Assembly: GCA_021734865.1 (NCBI GenBank)
Contig: JAIPIC010000001.1
Location: forward strand, 4,166-68,165
Length of the DNA: 64,000 nt
Source of the DNA: Candidatus Woesearchaeota archaeon
Lineage (GTDB): Archaea; Nanobdellota; Nanobdellia; Woesearchaeales; JAIPIC01
Reading direction: 5' to 3'
Every line of letters begins with the position of its first letter. The stretch's first letter is position 1. The translations under genes were made by a program, and so were the position numbers. Positions 1 through 9,243 of the stretch are shown here, one piece after another. The notes under the pieces are model-generated. The model ran no database searches. It saw only the letters and a program-made list of their open reading frames with translations, and was not told the origin of the DNA.

Positions 1-35
1 CGTTCTCTATCTGATTTAACCCTTACTCTTGCCAT
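1..35 (-). CDS. 5' end of a probable gene running off the window (MARVRVKSDRE...), product unknown
   Basis: ATG at 35-33 overlaps the last codons of the 23..634 ORF and the frame is open to the window edge. Only 11 codons are visible. Confidence 0.4.
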   Translation of the reverse strand, partial: MARVRVKSDRE

Positions 36-634
36 TGTATCCCTATTATTCGGTAAAGGAAAGCCTCTTTAAGAGCTGTAAGCTGGTTGGTGGTCTTGGC
101 TTTCATTAATATGCATCCCTCTGAAACAGTCACTTCTGGTTCTTCACCAATCTCAATGCTCAATACTGGAACAAACATCGAAGAGTTTGCACATGTTATT
201 ATTGTCGAGTTGGGGAATCTTGAATCCTCACTGGCGATTGCAGGTGGAGGAGCATAAATTGTCATCTGTTCGGTAAGAATCTCACTCATACTGAAACCAA
301 CTTCTGCAATATCCCTGATTTCAACGATTGATAGATTAGATGTGTCAAAAGTGATCTGGACCATGTTTGATGTTTTCATCCTGTCAACTGCATCATCACT
401 GATATTGTACTCTTGTACTTGTTCTGGCAAATACCTGAATGGTATCTTCATGTCGTCGAGAATCCAGAAATTGCCCTCTCTGAAAAAGGAAAAATTACCG
501 ATCTTCATCTTCTGCTGACTATCTGTGTACATAAAACCAACAATGCTGGTTATCATTATTAAAGCAATAAAAGCAGTAAAAAAAGTGGTCATAAGCTTTT
601 TTTTCTTATCAGAGCTTGTCTTTCTTCGTCTCAT
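23..634 (-). CDS. Hypothetical membrane-anchored protein
   Basis: 203-aa ORF with a basic N-terminus (MRRRKTSSDKKKK), one hydrophobic helix (FFTAFIALIMITSIVGFMY) and a soluble domain with a Cys pair. Confidence 0.85.
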   Translation of the reverse strand: MRRRKTSSDKKKKLMTTFFTAFIALIMITSIVGFMYTDSQQKMKIGNFSFFREGNFWILDDMKIPFRYLPEQVQEYNISDDAVDRMKTSNMVQITFDTSNLSIVEIRDIAEVGFSMSEILTEQMTIYAPPPAIASEDSRFPNSTIITCANSSMFVPVLSIEIGEEPEVTVSEGCILMKAKTTNQLTALKEAFLYRIIGIQWQE

Positions 635-696
635 AATAAAAAGATAAATTCAACGGTTTTTATGTTTTATGTAATATTATCTTAAAAATTAGTATC

Positions 697-2061
697 TTAA
701 TCATCCTTTTTTGGAACCCACAAAGTGGTCTTCATTGTGACATACTTTCCCAAGCCATCATGGAACTTATTCACATTTGATGTATAAACGTCTTCAGAAT
801 TAACATTCAACTTATAAGTAGTATCCTCTTCTTCATGGAATGAAACATCAGAAATAGAACCACAACATTCTACATTATGTGTTGAGTTGTATGGGACAAT
901 ATATCCTTTCTTTCGAGGCGTGACTGGATCAGCACATACGTCTCGAACAGTATCATCATAGAAATCACATCCATTTGCACCTTCACATGCTGCAACGCAG
1001 AAACCGTCAGAGTTGCTACTAGTACAATCGGCAAAACATACTGTTCCAGTTGGTTCCATTTCCATATTTATGACACGATTTACAGACAAATTTATATCAG
1101 GAACCACTTTTGATTCGTATCCTGCTCTTCTGAATATAATATTATAATACCCAATATCATCAAAACTTGCATTATTTATAAGGAACTCACCGTCAGAATT
1201 GGTGGTTACTTCAATCCTTGTTTCTGTGTTATTGTAATAAGCTTCTGTATCCCTCCAAATCTCAACTGATACATTGTTTAGGGGAGAAGTACTTGAGTAG
1301 ACTGTTCCAGACAGGGTTCTCTGGCAATCGGAGTCATTCTCATCTGTAAATCCATCACAATCATCGTCGACCCCATTAAAACAGTATGAAGGTAAAGATG
1401 GAACGAACCCTACTTCTGCTTCAGTAACGGGGTAGGAATTTTCATATACACAGTTCTCACAGCATAAATAGATTGGGAAATTAATTTCTCCAGGAATAGA
1501 AGCATGGCTGTTGAAATTCTGTTGGAGACCGATAACTTCTGTCTCCTCGCCAGTAAGATATGCAGTACTGCAGGGAGCTGACTGATAATGGCATGAAAAA
1601 CTTTCATCATATGATGTAACAGGAATACCCGCTTTGTCAGACAATGTGCGAGTCCATTTAATATTGACATCAGTTGGGAAATTAACCTGATCGTATAGTT
1701 CTATGTGACTGTTTTCTGAGTTAGCATCAAGATGGAACAAAGGTGTGGCATGTGGATCTGAAGCGTCAACAATCTCAAGACCAACTACATTTCCACAGCA
1801 CAATTTATAAGGATAAAGAACAGAATATATCGGTGTGTGTGAACTCAAAATCGTGTGAGCATCAGTATAACTAGTCATTTCAATTAAGCTAATCTCATAT
1901 AGATCGGTACAAGTTTCAGTGTTTGTTATATTGCATATTAAATGATTGATAGGGTTTTCAAGTGCCATAGAATAGACAACAGCAGATAAAACTATCGACA
2001 GGAATATTAGTAAGAAGACTCTGAGTAATGAATTTTTTTCATACGATGAGTGATTTATCAT
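697..2061 (-). CDS. Secreted Cys-rich surface protein with MopE-like putative metal-binding motif and carboxypeptidase-regulatory-like (transthyretin-fold) domain
   Basis: Signal peptide (LLRVFLLIFLSIVLSAVVYS). CFNGVDDDCDGFTDENDSDC at 1383-1324, then LSGTVY...LNNVSVEI...TTNSDGEF...YNIIFRRAGY. GGAGGAG SD upstream. Confidence 0.8.
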   Translation of the reverse strand: MINHSSYEKNSLLRVFLLIFLSIVLSAVVYSMALENPINHLICNITNTETCTDLYEISLIEMTSYTDAHTILSSHTPIYSVLYPYKLCCGNVVGLEIVDASDPHATPLFHLDANSENSHIELYDQVNFPTDVNIKWTRTLSDKAGIPVTSYDESFSCHYQSAPCSTAYLTGEETEVIGLQQNFNSHASIPGEINFPIYLCCENCVYENSYPVTEAEVGFVPSLPSYCFNGVDDDCDGFTDENDSDCQRTLSGTVYSSTSPLNNVSVEIWRDTEAYYNNTETRIEVTTNSDGEFLINNASFDDIGYYNIIFRRAGYESKVVPDINLSVNRVINMEMEPTGTVCFADCTSSNSDGFCVAACEGANGCDFYDDTVRDVCADPVTPRKKGYIVPYNSTHNVECCGSISDVSFHEEEDTTYKLNVNSEDVYTSNVNKFHDGLGKYVTMKTTLWVPKKDD

Positions 2062-2117
2062 GCAACTCCTCCTTTTTATTGTAATTTACCTTTACTTATA
2101 TATATAGTTTTTGAATC

Positions 2118-2151
2118 TCTGTTATTAAATAACAGAATGTTATAACAGAAT
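2118..2151. promoter_or_regulatory. Candidate operator in divergent promoter region
   Basis: Inverted repeat TCTGTTATT-A-AATAACAGA (2118-2136), palindrome TGTTATAACA (2138-2147) and direct repeat ATAACAGAAT (2129, 2142). All lie just upstream of a minus-strand TATA-like element near 2096-2105. Confidence 0.45.
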
Positions 2152-2338
2152 CTTATAGCAAAAATTAATGGCTCAGGATTGGGAAAATACTAAATGAGCT
2201 GATAATAGGATTATTTAGGATTATTCTTCATGATTATTTTTTAGCCTACAAGTTTAAATATTTAACAATAGTCTTATATATCACCAGAGATTTAATATTT
2301 ACTGTACTTTCAGAATTTACTAAAAATAATAAAATATA

Positions 2339-2812
2339 ATGGACCCGATAACAAAAGATTTCAATGAAATGGTGCAAAAGATAGGGAATCCGGTCGGTGC
2401 AGATTCACTTGTAATGTCAATATATGCTATCTTATACCTTGCACCTGGACCGGTTGCTATGGAAGACCTGGCTAAAACAACAGGATACAGTCTTGCATCA
2501 GTTAGCAGTAAAACAAAGATGATGGAAACCATGGGTCTTATTGAAAGAAGGAATACACCTGGCACAAGAAAGCTGTATTATTACATGGAGAAAAATCTCA
2601 CTGAGATGTTCAAGAATTTCTTTATCAAAAAAGAGAAGACGCAGGTTGCAGTTGCAAAACAAATGCTTCCACCCATAATTAAAAAATATGAAAACGAAAA
2701 ATTATCAGATGAAGATAAGATTAAACTTAAAAATATGAAAGAATATTATAAGTGCATACTTAAATTTGAGAAAATCATACAGGAAATTGTCACGATGATT
2801 GACAAGCAATAA
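2339..2812 (+). CDS. GbsR/MarR-family winged-helix transcriptional regulator
   Basis: IYAILYL...PVAMEDLAKTTGYSLASVS...LIERRNTPGTRKLYY is the GbsR-type signature. The gene heads the ABC operon. Confidence 0.9.
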   Translation: MDPITKDFNEMVQKIGNPVGADSLVMSIYAILYLAPGPVAMEDLAKTTGYSLASVSSKTKMMETMGLIERRNTPGTRKLYYYMEKNLTEMFKNFFIKKEKTQVAVAKQMLPPIIKKYENEKLSDEDKIKLKNMKEYYKCILKFEKIIQEIVTMIDKQ

Positions 2813-2816
2813 GAAG

Positions 2817-3515
2817 ATGAAAAAAGCCATAATAAAACTGGACAATGTTTGGAAGACATACACAATGGGCAATGTCAAGGTCCATGCTTTGAGGGGACTC
2901 AGTCTGACAATTAAGGATGGTGAGTTCGTATGCATATACGGTCCTTCAGGCAGTGGGAAGTCAACTGCGATGAATATGGTCGGTTGTCTTGATATTCCAT
3001 CTCAAGGAGATATCTTCCTCAAGGGAAAGAATATCGCTCACCTCTCAGAGTCTGACCTTGCACAGATCAGGGGAAAGACGATTGGATTCATTTTCCAGCA
3101 GTTCAATCTTATTAATACACTATCAGCTCTTGAGAATGTTATGCTTCCGATGGTCTTTCAAGGTTACAGTGAACAAGCAAGGCGTGCTCGGGCAATCAAA
3201 CTGCTCGACATGGTTGACTTGGCAAAGCGTATGGACCATAAGCCAACTGAACTCAGCGGTGGTCAGCAGCAAAGAGTTGCTATTGCTAGAAGTCTGTCAA
3301 ACAATCCTGAAGTGATACTGGCTGATGAGCCCACTGGTAACCTGGACTCAAAGACCGGGAACAAGATCATGGATTTCCTGAGAACCATGAATAAAAAGGA
3401 AAAGAAGACTATCATAATGGTCTCACATGACCAATCATTGGCAAAATATGCTGACCGGATCGAGTATCTTCGAGATGGAAGCATCATTGAAACCAAAAAC
3501 AATGGAAAAAGGTGA
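2817..3515 (+). CDS. ABC transporter ATP-binding protein (LolD/MacB/SalX family)
   Basis: Walker A GPSGSGKST, signature LSGGQQQRV, Walker B ILADEPTGNLD, H-loop VSHD. The ATG at 2817 is preferred over the TTG at 2799. Confidence 0.95.
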   Translation: MKKAIIKLDNVWKTYTMGNVKVHALRGLSLTIKDGEFVCIYGPSGSGKSTAMNMVGCLDIPSQGDIFLKGKNIAHLSESDLAQIRGKTIGFIFQQFNLINTLSALENVMLPMVFQGYSEQARRARAIKLLDMVDLAKRMDHKPTELSGGQQQRVAIARSLSNNPEVILADEPTGNLDSKTGNKIMDFLRTMNKKEKKTIIMVSHDQSLAKYADRIEYLRDGSIIETKNNGKR

Positions 3516-3519
3516 TAAT

Positions 3520-4794
3520 ATGAAAAAAAAATTGATTGTGATATTGTTGCTTGCTGCAACAATCATTAGCATATTCGGATATACTGTACATGGCGATGGC
3601 ACTTTTGCAAATATTGAAAGTACGCTGCTAAGCCAGGATCCTGATCCGTGTGAACCTGGCAGTTTTGTCGAGGTGAGATACAAGATAGAGAATGTGGGCA
3701 ATTCAGTTGCCAAAGATGTTCAGTTTGTCCTTACACCTGAGTATCCGTTCAGTTTCTTCCCGGGTGAAACTGGTGCCAGAAAGTTGGGAGACCTATATAT
3801 GAGACAGATAGGAAATGATGCTTATGTCCTCTATTATCGTTTGAAGGTTGATTCTGATGCAACGGACGGAAGTTTCCCAATACGGATGAAATATTCTGTC
3901 AATGGGGGGAATTACATTAATCTTGAAGAAGATATGCTCAGAGTACGACCGACTAATGCTATCCTATATATCGAGAAGGTAGAACAGGAGCCAGAGATAT
4001 TCACTCCCGGTGACAAGTCAAAACTGAGTTTACGTTTGAAGAATACTGCTGGGACCTCCCTGAAGAACATCAAGGTGGTAATATCCAATGTCCAGGCAAC
4101 AGGAGCAGCTACTCCATCACCGCTTCCTATGTCACCTGTTGGTTCATCTAATGAGATGATCATTCCAAAGCTTGGTTCAAATCAAGTCACGAATGTGGTT
4201 TATGAGATGATTGTCGATCCGGATGCAGAATCAAAAATATACAAGGTTCCTATAACTTTGTCCTACAGTGACAACTTTGGCCACAATTATACTAAAGAAG
4301 AGGTTATCAGCATCGCTGTGCATGATAATCCGCAAATCTTTGTCAAACTGGATGACACAGACATCAAGATGAGCGGTCAGACAGGCAGTGTTAGTATCAA
4401 GGTAGTAAATAGGGGTCTTGAAGACATTAAGTTCGTGAGTGTGAAGCTGGATGATTCTGATGCATTCAAGAAGATCGGTACTGATGAGATATATTTAGGT
4501 AATATAGATTCTGACGACTACGAGACTGCTGACTTCAATATACAAGTCCAGGATACTGGAAAAGTAAGTCTTCCAATAGTTATTACCTATATGGATTCGC
4601 TAAATACAGAATACATGGATACGATCTCGCTTGATCTAAACACCTATAGTCAGGAAGAATTAGAGCAACTGGGGATCTCTCAACAAGGTAACTCCAACGG
4701 AATGATCATTGTTGTAGTAATTATTGTACTTGGCCTGGTTGTCTGGTGGTTCATGAAGCGCAAGAAGAACAACAAAGACAAGGAGATCGAATAA
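3520..4794 (+). CDS. COG1361 S-layer-domain-family membrane protein
   Basis: GGTGA SD at 3511-3515 points to ATG 3520 (MKKKLIVILLLAA signal peptide). QDPDPCEPG start, tandem Ig-like domains, YLGNIDSDD motif, C-terminal TM helix plus basic tail. This is the usual partner of archaeal MacB-type ABC operons. Confidence 0.85.
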   Translation: MKKKLIVILLLAATIISIFGYTVHGDGTFANIESTLLSQDPDPCEPGSFVEVRYKIENVGNSVAKDVQFVLTPEYPFSFFPGETGARKLGDLYMRQIGNDAYVLYYRLKVDSDATDGSFPIRMKYSVNGGNYINLEEDMLRVRPTNAILYIEKVEQEPEIFTPGDKSKLSLRLKNTAGTSLKNIKVVISNVQATGAATPSPLPMSPVGSSNEMIIPKLGSNQVTNVVYEMIVDPDAESKIYKVPITLSYSDNFGHNYTKEEVISIAVHDNPQIFVKLDDTDIKMSGQTGSVSIKVVNRGLEDIKFVSVKLDDSDAFKKIGTDEIYLGNIDSDDYETADFNIQVQDTGKVSLPIVITYMDSLNTEYMDTISLDLNTYSQEELEQLGISQQGNSNGMIIVVVIIVLGLVVWWFMKRKKNNKDKEIE

Positions 4795-4821
4795 GGAAGA
4801 ATAACTCTTCCTTTTTTTAAT

Positions 4822-6045
4822 ATGATACTGGAATACGTCCGGATGGCTGTCCGGAATCTGGGCGGTAGGAAGCTTAGATCATGGCTGACAATGCTTGGCA
4901 TATTCATCGGTATCGCTGCAGTGGTCTCTCTTGTTGGGATGGGAGAAGGGTTAAGGATAGCTATTACCTCCCAATTTGGTTTTGTCGGCTCAGATGTGCT
5001 GACAGTCACTGCTGAAGGGCTTGCGACTGCAGGTCCACCTGGCACAGGAGCACCAAATCCACTTTCTGATAACTTGGCTGCAAAGATTGAAAAAATACCC
5101 GGTGTCGAGGCTGCTATTAATAGATACTTGAAGTCCGGGACTCTTGAATTCAACAACAAGCAGGGCCTCGGTTTTGCTATGTCCGTTCCTGAAGGTGATA
5201 ACCGGAAGATTATGATGAAGATGCTCAACCTTGAGGCTGAGCAAGGCAGGCTGCTCAAGGATGGAGATGGACGGAAGGTCCTTCTTGGAAATTCGTACCT
5301 TGATAAAAGTCAGTTTGGCAAGCCCATATCGTCTGGTGACTATGTATACCTTAATAGTATAAAATACCAGGTCATAGGGATAATGAAAAAGAAAGGTAGT
5401 TTCCTGTTCGATCAGGCTGTGCTTGTTAATACCAAGCAGTTGCTTGCAGATTTCGGTGATGACGGCACTACTAATATCATCGCTGTCAAGGTGATTGATG
5501 AAAGCAGGATCGATAAGGTCAAGGAAGATGTGGAAAAGCTTCTTCGAAAAGAGAGGGACGTCAAGGTCGGCGAAGAGGATTTTTCGGTTTCAAGCCCAGA
5601 ACAGACTTTGGAGCAGATGAATTCAGTCTTGGGTGCTGTGCAGTGGTTCATCGTCATCCTTGCAAGCATATCCCTTGTGGTGGGAGGGATTGGCATAATG
5701 AATACTATGTATACATCTGTCCTCGAGCGGACTAAAGAGATAGGAATATTGAAGTCTATCGGTGCCAGGAACAGAGTCATCTTCCTGCTGTTTTTCCTAG
5801 AGTCAGGTTTTCTTGGCCTGGTTGGGGGAATAATCGGTGTAATTTTGGGAATCACACTTGCATACGGACTGGCATATCTTGGAAGAACATTGCTAGGCGC
5901 AGATCTGATTCAAGCAAGCGTCTCAATGGGATTAATATTTGGTTCGTTGAGCTTTTCATTTGTTATTGGCACTTTGGCAGGATTGCTTCCAGCATATCAG
6001 GCTTCAAGAAAGCATCCTGTTGATGCATTAAGGTTCATAAAATAA
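4822..6045 (+). CDS. ABC transporter permease, MacB/FtsX family
   Basis: RKLRSWLTMLGIFIGIAAVV; GGIGIMNTMYTSVLERTKEIGILKSIGA; PAYQASRKHPVDALR. Confidence 0.95.
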   Translation: MILEYVRMAVRNLGGRKLRSWLTMLGIFIGIAAVVSLVGMGEGLRIAITSQFGFVGSDVLTVTAEGLATAGPPGTGAPNPLSDNLAAKIEKIPGVEAAINRYLKSGTLEFNNKQGLGFAMSVPEGDNRKIMMKMLNLEAEQGRLLKDGDGRKVLLGNSYLDKSQFGKPISSGDYVYLNSIKYQVIGIMKKKGSFLFDQAVLVNTKQLLADFGDDGTTNIIAVKVIDESRIDKVKEDVEKLLRKERDVKVGEEDFSVSSPEQTLEQMNSVLGAVQWFIVILASISLVVGGIGIMNTMYTSVLERTKEIGILKSIGARNRVIFLLFFLESGFLGLVGGIIGVILGITLAYGLAYLGRTLLGADLIQASVSMGLIFGSLSFSFVIGTLAGLLPAYQASRKHPVDALRFIK

Positions 6046-6057
6046 AAGGTCCATAAA

Positions 6058-7272
6058 ATGATGCAATATGATGAGATGAAATATTCGATAAAGAACATCT
6101 GGAGTCGGAAGACTAGAAGTTTTCTTACTTCTCTGTCTATCCTTATCGGTGTTATGTCTGTATTTGTAATTGTCAGTTTTGGTCTTGGACTCAACTATTA
6201 TGTTGACACGATAGCGGCTGAGGCTGGAGTTGACAAGCTGTATGTACAAGCAGCAGGCATAGGTGCTCCTGGAACTGACGATACATTTGCAATAACTGCA
6301 ACAGATATCAGTTTCATCAGTAAGATTAAGGGCGTAAACGAGTTTGCAGGAATGTACCTGAATATCGGGAAGATGGAGTCTGGGAATGATAAGCTATTTG
6401 CTTTCGTTGCCGGATTTGATATGGACAAGCAGGACTTCATCGATGAAGTGTTTACTGTTTCAGTCGAAAAAGGTAGAAATCTCAAGAGTGGAGAAGTAGG
6501 AAAGGTTATGCTCGGGTATAACTATCAGGTCAAGGACAAAGCTTTCAGCAAACCAGTAAAGCTGGGGGACAAGATTGATATTAATGATATGCCATTTGAG
6601 GTTGTTGGTTTCTATGAAGAAGTAGGCAATCCATCTGACGATGTGAATGTTTATATGACAGACAAGGCGTTTGAACTGCTTTTTCCAGATCACAAGGATA
6701 ATTATGGATATGTGATGTTGCAGGCCGATAAGAACGAGAATGTATCCGAACTGGCTGACAAGATTAGTGAGAAATTCAGAAAATTCCGTGGAGAAGAAGA
6801 AGGCAAGGAGACATTCCATGTGCAGACTTTCGAGGATGCTCTTGCTGTGTTCTCTTCTGTTACAAATATCATCGTGATAGTACTCGCATTGATCGCTGCC
6901 ATATCAATCTTTGTGGCAACCGTTAATATCATGAATACCATGTATACTGCAGTTCTTGAGAGAACAAAAGAGATTGGTACTATGAAAGCGGTTGGTGCAA
7001 GAAATAGCGAAATCATGTTCATGTTCATCTTTGAATCTGGTGTTATTGGCTTAATTGGCGGAATCATCGGAGTGATCTTTGGTTATCTGATCGCATCTGC
7101 AGGAGGAAGCCTTCTTGCACAACTGGGCTATTCAATGTTTGCACCAATCTTTCCATGGCAGTTGTATGCTGCATGTATAACTTTTGCATCTGTTATCGGA
7201 GCAGCAGCAGGTGTGCTTCCTGCGATGCAGGCTGCAAACCAAAAACCTGTCGACGCATTGAGATATGAATAA
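6058..7272 (+). CDS. Second ABC transporter permease, MacB/FtsX family
   Basis: RKTRSFLTSLSILIGV; NIMNTMYTAVLERTKEIGTMKAVGA; PVDALRYE. Confidence 0.95.
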   Translation: MMQYDEMKYSIKNIWSRKTRSFLTSLSILIGVMSVFVIVSFGLGLNYYVDTIAAEAGVDKLYVQAAGIGAPGTDDTFAITATDISFISKIKGVNEFAGMYLNIGKMESGNDKLFAFVAGFDMDKQDFIDEVFTVSVEKGRNLKSGEVGKVMLGYNYQVKDKAFSKPVKLGDKIDINDMPFEVVGFYEEVGNPSDDVNVYMTDKAFELLFPDHKDNYGYVMLQADKNENVSELADKISEKFRKFRGEEEGKETFHVQTFEDALAVFSSVTNIIVIVLALIAAISIFVATVNIMNTMYTAVLERTKEIGTMKAVGARNSEIMFMFIFESGVIGLIGGIIGVIFGYLIASAGGSLLAQLGYSMFAPIFPWQLYAACITFASVIGAAAGVLPAMQAANQKPVDALRYE

Positions 7273-7381
7273 AAAACACCTTGAGCAACAGACCACCACA
7301 CACTTCAAATGCCCACTGATTTGCCACTGACAGGTGGTTAAAATACGAATATTTATAAAGAAATATTGATTTCTGCATTGT

Positions 7382-8035
7382 ATGGATGAACTATTAGAAT
7401 ATTATTCAGTTCAGGGAGAACTGCTTGGATGCATGGAAAAGAAGAGGCTTCATCAGAAAATGCGAAGCGAATTCGCCAAAAACGGAGAAGTCAGTGTGAG
7501 ACATAAGGATGTCCGACTGATACTTATGACTTCAAATGGCAGGTTGATTCTTCAGCGAAGATCCAAATGGAAAGGTGACAATGCTGGCTTGTGGGACAAG
7601 ACTATCGGCGGCCATGTAAGAAAAGGAGATACTGCAGACATAACCATATTAAAGGAGTGCGCAGAAGAATTGGGAATTCCTACGACTGTTGTTGAAGAGA
7701 AGCATTTCAAAGATACTGTTGCTACAACAAATCTAAACATCCTTGGTGTCTTAACAAAGCTTGTTTATCTTGATAATTTTCATTCAAAGAGGACTCATAA
7801 GAATGAAAAATGGGTAGAAAAAAGCATGAGTCAATTCTATATTGGGTATTATGACGGTCCTATCAGATTCGTTGACAATGAATCATGCGGCATCCAGACT
7901 TTCACACTAGATGAGCTGGAAGATGATATGAAAAAATATCCAAGATTATTCACAAATGATATGAAATATATTCTTAAGTTCAAAGGAAAGATTATTCCTG
8001 CTCCTAGGAACATTCCAAAAGTTTTGAATGATTAA
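7382..8035 (+). CDS. NUDIX hydrolase (IPP-isomerase/YfcD-like subgroup)
   Basis: LILQRRSKWK...GLWDKTIGGHVRKGD...KECAEELGI Nudix box. TTTATAAA at 7352-7359 suggests a leaderless transcript. Confidence 0.85.
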   Translation: MDELLEYYSVQGELLGCMEKKRLHQKMRSEFAKNGEVSVRHKDVRLILMTSNGRLILQRRSKWKGDNAGLWDKTIGGHVRKGDTADITILKECAEELGIPTTVVEEKHFKDTVATTNLNILGVLTKLVYLDNFHSKRTHKNEKWVEKSMSQFYIGYYDGPIRFVDNESCGIQTFTLDELEDDMKKYPRLFTNDMKYILKFKGKIIPAPRNIPKVLND

Positions 8036-8099
8036 TCATTATTTGTAAAGATTGGTAGGGTTATTATGCTAGTGAAGGAGGAATATTAATTTATCATAT

Positions 8100-9089
8100 C
8101 TAATTCATTCTCTTAAGATACATGTTGATCTTCTCGATTATTTTAGTCTTGAGGCTCTCTGGTAGATTCAGTTCAGATATATCTGCTGTCGCATCTATCT
8201 TCATCGGATGAGTCAGGTTGCTGCGATGACTCCGACCAGCTAACTTAAATTGTCTCTCAAGTTCAATTGCTTCTGGTCTGCCAAATAACTTCAGAGCAGG
8301 AAATTTGCTGACTGTATTTGCGCCTGAATTCAGGAGATATGCAACTTGGTTCACTTTGTCTGCCCAGATTCCACACTGGATTATAATTTTTGGGAAATCC
8401 AGACGGGTTTTTGATATCCACCATCCCTGATATTCTTGTGGGGGAGATTTGGTATTCTCATAAGCGGTTCCCTTTTGAGGATTGAGGGCATAATAATGGA
8501 TGACAGATATCTTAAATCTCTCAATAAATTCTTTCAATAAGTCATAATCCCCCTTGTTTTCACCTAGACCAAGAATGATCGTGACTGAAGTCTCAAGGCC
8601 ATGCTTTAGTGCCAGATCAAGAGTATTTTCTATGTCAGAGATTGGTTTTGACGGGCAGATCTCATCATGCAGAGATTGCCTTGGAGTTTCAAGAGCTCCC
8701 ACAATTCCTCTAAGATAAGGTTTAAACCTGGTTATCTGCCCCTCTGTGAGAGGGCCTGCGTTAAGCCAAATCCCTTGTTTGTGTATTATGTTAATAAGCT
8801 TGAGCAGGTTCTCAAGCTCGTCTTCATCAAATGCTTCATGACCGCCTGATAACTGGCCGAAATCCCAGCCAAACTTCCCAAGAAGATATACTTCAGCAAG
8901 GACCGATTCAATACGTCTTCTTGCCTCATGAGGTTTCTTATTTGATGGTTGTGTAGACATATAGCAGTATTTGCAATCTCTAATAGCACAGTACCAGCTA
9001 AAGAAGACTGCCCGCTCAAAGTTAGTCCTACATCCAAAATTTGAAAGATAAAGCTTTTCTGCCTTTTTCCTCTGTATTTCCAAATCCAT
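8100..9089 (-). CDS. Radical SAM protein, archaeal BioB-like family
   Basis: Cys triad WYCAIRDCKYCYM, LSGG motif, LHDEICPSKP, TIILGLGE, ALNPQKGT. The ATG at 9089 is more plausible than 9164. Confidence 0.85.
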   Translation of the reverse strand: MDLEIQRKKAEKLYLSNFGCRTNFERAVFFSWYCAIRDCKYCYMSTQPSNKKPHEARRRIESVLAEVYLLGKFGWDFGQLSGGHEAFDEDELENLLKLINIIHKQGIWLNAGPLTEGQITRFKPYLRGIVGALETPRQSLHDEICPSKPISDIENTLDLALKHGLETSVTIILGLGENKGDYDLLKEFIERFKISVIHYYALNPQKGTAYENTKSPPQEYQGWWISKTRLDFPKIIIQCGIWADKVNQVAYLLNSGANTVSKFPALKLFGRPEAIELERQFKLAGRSHRSNLTHPMKIDATADISELNLPESLKTKIIEKINMYLKRMN

Positions 9090-9243
9090 GAATGAATGAG
9101 AATTTCGGTTCTTTTTAACAGTTATGAATTTAATGAGTCTTATTTGTCTGAGTTGGGTAGACAATTGCCTAAAAGATAATCATCACTCCTCGCCAGTAGC
9201 AAAAATGAAAACCTATTTAAAGAGATGATTATTGACTTAATTT

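Noticed and set aside
3427-3519. Upstream start of the S-layer-domain ORF given by the track
   Set aside because: It overlaps the ABC ATPase by 89 nt. The GGTGA SD and signal peptide support ATG 3520.
7273-7345. Possible structured RNA or terminator (CCACTGA repeated twice)
   Set aside because: No convincing stem or known RNA motif could be built by eye.
8100-9089. Assigning bioB
   Set aside because: Atypical Cys spacing and no biotin pathway context. Only family-level similarity is supported.
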